Below, piece by piece: positions 58,346 through 64,000 of a DNA stretch of 64,000 nt; the first letter of the stretch is position 1; every line of letters starts with the position of its first letter. The translations under genes and the position numbers were made by a program. The stretch is from NCBI GenBank assembly GCA_963701965.1, contig OY969695.1:4960001-5024000 (forward strand), given 5' to 3'. Source of the stretch: an uncultured Gemmatimonadales bacterium. GTDB lineage: Bacteria > Gemmatimonadota > Gemmatimonadetes > Gemmatimonadales > Gemmatimonadaceae. Under the pieces are notes generated by a model. That model worked only from the letters and a program-made list of their open reading frames with translations, did not search any database and was not told where the DNA came from.

Positions 58346-59729
58346 ATGACCGTCTCGCCGGGGATCTTCCGGTCTTACGATGTGCGGGGCATCGTCGGGC
58401 AAGATCTGACGGCCGAGGCCGCCGGTGCAGTGGGGCGTTCGTACGCCGCCCTCCTCGCGGAACGCGGCATCACCGGCGCCGTCGCCGTCGGACGGGACAA
58501 CCGGCCCAGCGGTCCGATGCTGCGCAATGCCCTGGTGTCGGCGCTCACCGTGTCCGGCGTCGACGTGGTCGACATTGGCGTCGTGCCCACGCCGCTCCTC
58601 TATTGGGCACTGCACCACGAGTCGGTGGTTGGCGGCATCCAGATCACCGGATCGCACAATCCGCCCGAATACAACGGGTTCAAGTTGTCGCTGGGCACCG
58701 GGTCGTTGCATGGCGACGCCATCCAGCACCTCTACGGACTGGCGCGTGACGGTGTGTCGCTGCGCGCCGATCGGCCCGGCACCGTGCGCCACGCGCAAGT
58801 CATCGACCGGTACGTCGACGACATCGTCGAGCGCATCGGTCCGCTCCCCCGCCGTCTCAAAGTCGTGTTTGATTGCGGCAACGGCGCCGGCGCTCTCGTC
58901 GCCGGTAAACTCTTCGGGAAGCTCGGCGTCGACGCATCGTATCTGTTTTGCGTCAGCGACGGCACGTTCCCGAACCACCATCCCGATCCGACGGTCGTCG
59001 AGAACCTCCACGACATCATTCGGGAGGTGAAGGCGCAAAAGGCCGATCTCGGCATCGCGTTCGACGGCGACGCCGACCGCATCGGGGTCATCGACGCCCG
59101 GGGCGAGATCATCTGGGGCGACCACGTGCTGATCGTGTACGCGTGGGACGCCCTGCGGCGCACGGGCACTGGCCAGCCGATCATCTTCGACGTGAAGTGC
59201 TCGCAAGCGCTCCCCATGGCCGTCGCCGCGGCCGGCGGGGTGCCGGTCATGTGGAAGACGGGGCACTCGCTGATCAAAGAGAAGATGAAGGAGATGCACG
59301 GCCCCGTGGCCGGCGAGATGTCGGGGCACATGTTCTTCACCGAGGGATTCTACGGGCACGACGACGCGCTCTATGGCGCCGCGCGGTTGATCCGTATCGT
59401 GGCCGAGGCGGGTCGTCCGCTCGACGCCATGCTGTCGACGGTGCCCAAGTTCGTGTCGACGCCCGAGCTCCGCGTCGACTGTCCCGATGATCGGAAATTC
59501 GCGCTCGTCAATGAAGCGGTGGCCCACTACAAGATCCGGCACGACGTCGTGGACGTCGACGGCGCGCGCGTGCTGTTCGGGGACGGGTGGGGGCTGATTC
59601 GCGCCTCCAACACCCAACCGATCCTCGTGCTGCGCTTCGAGGCCAATTCGCCGGAGCGGTTGGCGGCCATCCGGGCGGACATGGAGGGGATGGCTCAGCC
59701 AGCGCGGCGTGCGCGTTCCCGCGTCTTAG
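58346..59729 (+). CDS. phosphomannomutase/phosphoglucomutase; apparent extra G near 59686
   Basis: FRSYDVRG, TGSHNP, FDGDADR, GEMSGH, RASNT. The corrected end MEGWLSQRGVRVPAS* stops at 59729. Confidence 0.95.
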
Positions 59730-59736
59730 GATACAC

Positions 59737-62226
59737 GTGACGCGCCGGCGCCTGGGGTTCCTCGCGGTCGTCACCCTCGCCGGCTTGTTGATCACTGGCC
59801 GGATCGCCGCCGGCCTGTTCGTCCAGTACGAGTGGTTCGATGCCCTCGCCGCGCGCGACGTGTGGATGGCGAAAATCGGCAACGACCTGCTGCTGCGGGC
59901 CGCGACAGCGGCGCTGGCGGCGCTTTTCGCGCTGGGCAACCTCTACGCCGTGCGCCGCTCCATTGTGTCGGTCGTGTTGCCACGCCGGCTCGGCGACCTG
60001 GAGATCGGCGAAGAAGTGCCCGGCCGCTACCTGAACGGCGCGGTCGTCGTTCTGTCGATCGCCTTGGGCCTCCTGCTGGCGATCCCCCAGCATGGATGGA
60101 TCGAGCTGGCGCTGGCCCGCCACGGCGTGCCGTTTGGCGAGACCGATCCCTATTTCGCCCGGGACCTGGGGTTCTTCGTGTACTGGCTGCCGCTCGAGGC
60201 CGAGTTGTACCTGCGCGCGCTGTGGGTGCTGGCCGCGGTGACCGTGGTGGTGATCGTGCTGTACTTCTTCTTCACGCCCGGTCTGCGCTACGAGAAGTCG
60301 CGGCTCACGATGTCGGCCCACGTGCGCCAGCACGTCGCTGTCCTCGCTCTCTTCGCGTTCGGCGCGCTGGCCTGGAGCTACCGGCTGGACATGTACGGCG
60401 CCCTGAGCAGCGGGCGCGGCCCGTTGGGGGCGTTCTCGTACGCGGACAAAGCCGCGGTCATCCCCATCAATCTCGTCCTGTCGTTCGTGACGCTGGCCGC
60501 CGGCGTCGCCATTACCATCACCCTCTGGCGCAACCAACGGCGCCCGGCGCTCGCGTTGGTCACGCTCGTGCTCATCGTGCCGTTCATCGCCTTTCGCGTG
60601 GGGCCCAAGCTCGCGCAGCGATTCAGCGCCGAACGCGATCCCGCGGTGCGCGAGCGCCCCTACCTGTCGATCCGCGCCATCTACACGAGCCAGGCCTTTG
60701 GCGCCGACTCGGCCCACCTGCCGGACACGTTCCTCGCCCTCGCCAGCCAGGCCGACCTGGCGCACAACGTCTCGGTGTGGGACCCGGCGGCCATCGTGCA
60801 GTCGCTCGCCCGGGCGCGGCGCGGCGCCACGGTATTCGACAACGTCGCCTGGCACCTGTCGCCGGCCGGGCCGGTGGCGACCGCCGTGGAGCGACTCCAG
60901 GGGGCCACGCAATGGACGGCGATCAGCGTGCTGGCCACCGTGCCGGACGACCGCGGCGCCATCCTGCGCGTCGACGCGCTCGGGCGCCCGGACCAGACCG
61001 ACGTCACGCTGCCCCCGGCTTTGATCGTCGATGGCGCTGGATCGGACACCGTCATCGCCGACTCCGCGGGCGTCATAGCGGCGCCGAGCGTGGACGGATG
61101 GCTGACGCGCGTCGCGCACGCCTGGAGCGCGCAGAACCTGCGCCTCCTCTCCGACGACGCGCCGGACCGGGACGCACGCATCGTGAGCGTACGCGACGTG
61201 CGGGCCCGCCTCCGCGCCCTCACGCCATTTCTCGCGCAAGGATCGACCATCTGGCCCGCGGTCGAGGCCGACTCGCTGTGGTGGGTCGTCGATCTGTACG
61301 CGGCGTCCGACGACTACCCGCTCAGCCAGCATCTCCTGATCGGGGACGCGGAGCACAGTTATTTCCAGCACACCGCCACAGCGTTCGTGCACGCCTACAC
61401 CGGCCGCACCCTCCTCGTGCGCGACCGCGTACTGGATCCCATCGGCCAGACGTGGGTCAACGCCTTCGGCTCGTTGTTCACCACGTGGGACCGCATGCCG
61501 CCCGGTCTCGCCGCCCAGGCGCCGCCGCGCATCAATGCGGCGCTGGCCGCCGCCGCCAGCTATGGTCGCCGCTCAACGGAGCTCGGGGACGCGTCGGCGC
61601 CCATCCACGCCCTGTCGCTGCCAAATGCGGATACGGCGCTGGCCGGCGGTCAGAATGCTCCCGTGGCGTGCTTCGCGCTGCCGGCCGCGGGCAGTCCCTG
61701 CACCTGGTCCATCCCGCTGCTCGACGCGCAGGAGCGCGTCGCGGGGCTCATCGTCGCCACCGGCGGATTGCACCCGGCCGTGCGGCGATTCCGCACGGCC
61801 CGATCGCACGGACGGCGTTGGACGGACGTCGTCGACCGCTTGGACCGGGCGCCCGACTCGGCATCGGCGCCGCCAGGCGGCGCGCGCGTCATCGACGGGC
61901 GCATCCGCCCCGTGCCGTACCGGAGCGGCGTGGCGTTCGTCCAGCCGCAGTTCGATTGGCCGGCCAATGCGGCGCCCACGCTGGCCCGGGTGAAGGTCGT
62001 CACCGACGACACATCGGGGAGCGGGGTGACGCTGGCGCAGGCATTGGGTGTCGAGCCGCCCGCGCCGCGGCTCGCCACGCCTCCGGTGACCGCGGCGGAG
62101 TTTCACGCGCGCGTCGCCGGTCTGTACGACGCGATGCAGGCCGCGCTCAAGCGCGGCGACCTGACAACTTTTGGCGCCGAATTCAACGAGCTGGGACGCC
62201 TGCTCGGCCGGTCGCGAAATCCCTAG
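59737..62226 (+). CDS. UPF0182 family membrane protein
   Basis: GTG 59737; FGETDPYFARDLGFFVYWLP, ERPY, WVVDLY..SDDYP, ALKRGDLTTFG. Confidence 0.85.
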   Translation: MTRRRLGFLAVVTLAGLLITGRIAAGLFVQYEWFDALAARDVWMAKIGNDLLLRAATAALAALFALGNLYAVRRSIVSVVLPRRLGDLEIGEEVPGRYLNGAVVVLSIALGLLLAIPQHGWIELALARHGVPFGETDPYFARDLGFFVYWLPLEAELYLRALWVLAAVTVVVIVLYFFFTPGLRYEKSRLTMSAHVRQHVAVLALFAFGALAWSYRLDMYGALSSGRGPLGAFSYADKAAVIPINLVLSFVTLAAGVAITITLWRNQRRPALALVTLVLIVPFIAFRVGPKLAQRFSAERDPAVRERPYLSIRAIYTSQAFGADSAHLPDTFLALASQADLAHNVSVWDPAAIVQSLARARRGATVFDNVAWHLSPAGPVATAVERLQGATQWTAISVLATVPDDRGAILRVDALGRPDQTDVTLPPALIVDGAGSDTVIADSAGVIAAPSVDGWLTRVAHAWSAQNLRLLSDDAPDRDARIVSVRDVRARLRALTPFLAQGSTIWPAVEADSLWWVVDLYAASDDYPLSQHLLIGDAEHSYFQHTATAFVHAYTGRTLLVRDRVLDPIGQTWVNAFGSLFTTWDRMPPGLAAQAPPRINAALAAAASYGRRSTELGDASAPIHALSLPNADTALAGGQNAPVACFALPAAGSPCTWSIPLLDAQERVAGLIVATGGLHPAVRRFRTARSHGRRWTDVVDRLDRAPDSASAPPGGARVIDGRIRPVPYRSGVAFVQPQFDWPANAAPTLARVKVVTDDTSGSGVTLAQALGVEPPAPRLATPPVTAAEFHARVAGLYDAMQAALKRGDLTTFGAEFNELGRLLGRSRNP

Positions 62227-62246
62227 CTCCCACCCATACTTCCCGC

Positions 62247-63398
62247 ATGAACATACACGAGTACCAGGCGAAGGAGATTCTTCGGGCGGCCGGCGTGCCG
62301 GTGCCGCCCGGCGAAGTCGCCACGACGCCTGAGCAAGCCGAATCCATCGCCCGCCAGTTCGGCGGAACCGTCGTCATCAAGGCCCAAGTGCACGCCGGCG
62401 GCCGCGGCAAAGCCGGCGGCGTCAAGCTCGCCAAGACACCGGCGGAAGCGCGCGACGTCGCGGCCCGCATCCTCGGCCTCGTGATCAAGGGCCTGCCGGT
62501 GCGCAAAGTCCTGGTGACGCCGGCCGCGGACATCGCGCACGAAGCATACGTCGGCCTCATCGTCGACCGGGCCTCCAAGCGCGTCGTCTATATGGTGAGT
62601 CCCGCCGGCGGCATCGACATCGAGGAAGTCGCCGCATCGACGCCGGAAAAGATTCGTCGTTTGCCGATCGATCCCCGGTATGGCCTGTTGCCATTCGAAG
62701 CGCTCTCCCTGGGCTTCTTTCTGTACCGCGACGCGCCACAGGCGCGCGCGGCGGCGCGCATCATGACGCAGATGTACCACGCGTTCATGAACAGCGGCGC
62801 GTCGCTGACGGAGATCAATCCGCTGGTGACGCAACCCGATGGGTCGCTCGTGGCGGTAAATGCCAAGATGGTGCTCGACGACAACGGTCTCGAGCGGCAT
62901 CCGGCGCTCGCCGCGCTGCGCGACGAAGATTCGGAAGATCCGAGCGAGACGGCCGCGCGGAAGGCCAACCTCACGTTCATCAAGCTCAATGGCAACGTGG
63001 GCTGCGTGGTCAACGGCGCCGGCTTGGCGATGGCGACGATGGATCTCGTGCAGTACTACGGCGGTCAGCCCGCGAACTTCCTGGACATTGGCGGATCGTC
63101 CAACCCGGAGAAGGTGATCAATGCCCTCCGGATCATTACGGCGGATCCCAAGGTCAAAGTCATTCTGTTCAACATCTTCGGTGGGATCACGCGCACCGAC
63201 GACGTCGCCAACGGCATCGTCCGCGCCTTGGATCAGTCTCCGCCGACCGTCCCACTGGTCATTCGCCTCACCGGAACCAACGAAGAAGACGCCGTGAAAA
63301 TTCTTGCTGCGCGTGGCCTGACGGCCATGACCGATATGGATGCCGCTGTGCGCGATGCCGTGGCGCTGGCGACGACGGCGTCGGGGGTGCCCGCGTGA
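62247..63398 (+). CDS. sucC: succinyl-CoA ligase beta subunit
   Basis: [45 protein letters not shown]. Confidence 0.98.
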   Translation: MNIHEYQAKEILRAAGVPVPPGEVATTPEQAESIARQFGGTVVIKAQVHAGGRGKAGGVKLAKTPAEARDVAARILGLVIKGLPVRKVLVTPAADIAHEAYVGLIVDRASKRVVYMVSPAGGIDIEEVAASTPEKIRRLPIDPRYGLLPFEALSLGFFLYRDAPQARAAARIMTQMYHAFMNSGASLTEINPLVTQPDGSLVAVNAKMVLDDNGLERHPALAALRDEDSEDPSETAARKANLTFIKLNGNVGCVVNGAGLAMATMDLVQYYGGQPANFLDIGGSSNPEKVINALRIITADPKVKVILFNIFGGITRTDDVANGIVRALDQSPPTVPLVIRLTGTNEEDAVKILAARGLTAMTDMDAAVRDAVALATTASGVPA

Positions 63399-64000
63399 GC
63401 ATTTTCATCGACTCCGGCACGCGACTCCTCGTCCAGGGCGTCACCGGACGCGACGGGTCGTTTCACACCCGGCAAGCCATCGAGTACGGCACAAAAGTCG
63501 TGGCCGGCGTCACGCCGGGGAAGGGCGGCACCTCGTTCGACGGCGTCCCGATATTCAACACGGTCGCCGAGGCGGTCTCCGCCACGCACGCCAACGCGTC
63601 GGTCATCTACGTGCCGCCGCTCTTCGCGGCGGACGCCATGATGGAAGCGGCCGCCGCGGGCATCCCGCTCATCGTGTGCATTACCGAAGGCGTGCCCGTG
63701 TTGGACATGATGCGGGTCGCCCCTTACGTGCGTGAGCACGGCGCGCGTCTCATCGGCCCGAACTGCCCCGGTCTCATCAGCCCGGGCGCGAGCAAGGTCG
63801 GCATCATACCGGGGCGCATCTGCACGCCGGGATCGATCGGTCTCGTGAGCCGCTCGGGGACGTTGACCTACGAAGTCGTGAATCAGCTGACGAACGCCGG
63901 GATGGGCCAGACGACGTGCGTCGGGATCGGTGGCGACCCGATCAACGGCACCAACTTCATCGACTGCCTGCTGGCGTTTCAGGCGGATCCGGCGACCGAA
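63395..64000 (+). CDS. sucD: succinyl-CoA ligase alpha subunit (3' truncated by window)
   Basis: [42 protein letters not shown]. Confidence 0.97.
   Translation, partial: MSIFIDSGTRLLVQGVTGRDGSFHTRQAIEYGTKVVAGVTPGKGGTSFDGVPIFNTVAEAVSATHANASVIYVPPLFAADAMMEAAAAGIPLIVCITEGVPVLDMMRVAPYVREHGARLIGPNCPGLISPGASKVGIIPGRICTPGSIGLVSRSGTLTYEVVNQLTNAGMGQTTCVGIGGDPINGTNFIDCLLAFQADPATE

Noticed and set aside
59832..62246. Long N-terminal extension of SucC (1188 aa ORF), and similarly ORFs 5086.. and 35606..
   Set aside because: Shadow frames of upstream GC-rich genes; the real starts have canonical N-termini.

Overview
Very GC-rich bacterial chromosomal segment, most consistent with Gemmatimonadota (inferred from gene order and protein style). 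It is almost entirely housekeeping genes on the + strand. In order: a partial M16 peptidase, a plug-domain lipoprotein, a MoxR/DUF58/BatA/DUF4159 cluster, a GNAT, a P450, a minus-strand MenA1/MenT1-like toxin-antitoxin pair, ppc, pepA, an outer-membrane barrel, yicC-gmk-rpoZ-coaBC-udg-dnaB-radA-ispD-tsaC-ptp-aroE, gap-pgk-tpiA-secG-carA-hup, moaDEA, mdh-sdhCAB, two minus-strand paralogous secreted TonB-C-domain proteins behind dcd, a complete nuoA-N operon with a Rex-like operator, a PMM/PGM, a UPF0182 protein and sucCD. No rRNA, tRNA, CRISPR or transposase was recognised. Four hidden signals stand out. (1) About 12 frameshifts and many conserved Asp->Asn changes cluster at one 4-mer, GATG/CATC, which looks like the read-error footprint of a DNA modification at that motif. 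(2) A diverged copy of the dcd 3' end lies between the two paralogues and supplies the 5' end of the downstream gene. (3) Several genes appear to start at CTG overlapping the upstream TGA. (4) An unlisted 35-aa membrane ORF follows sdhB. All calls rest on motif recognition by eye; no searches were run.
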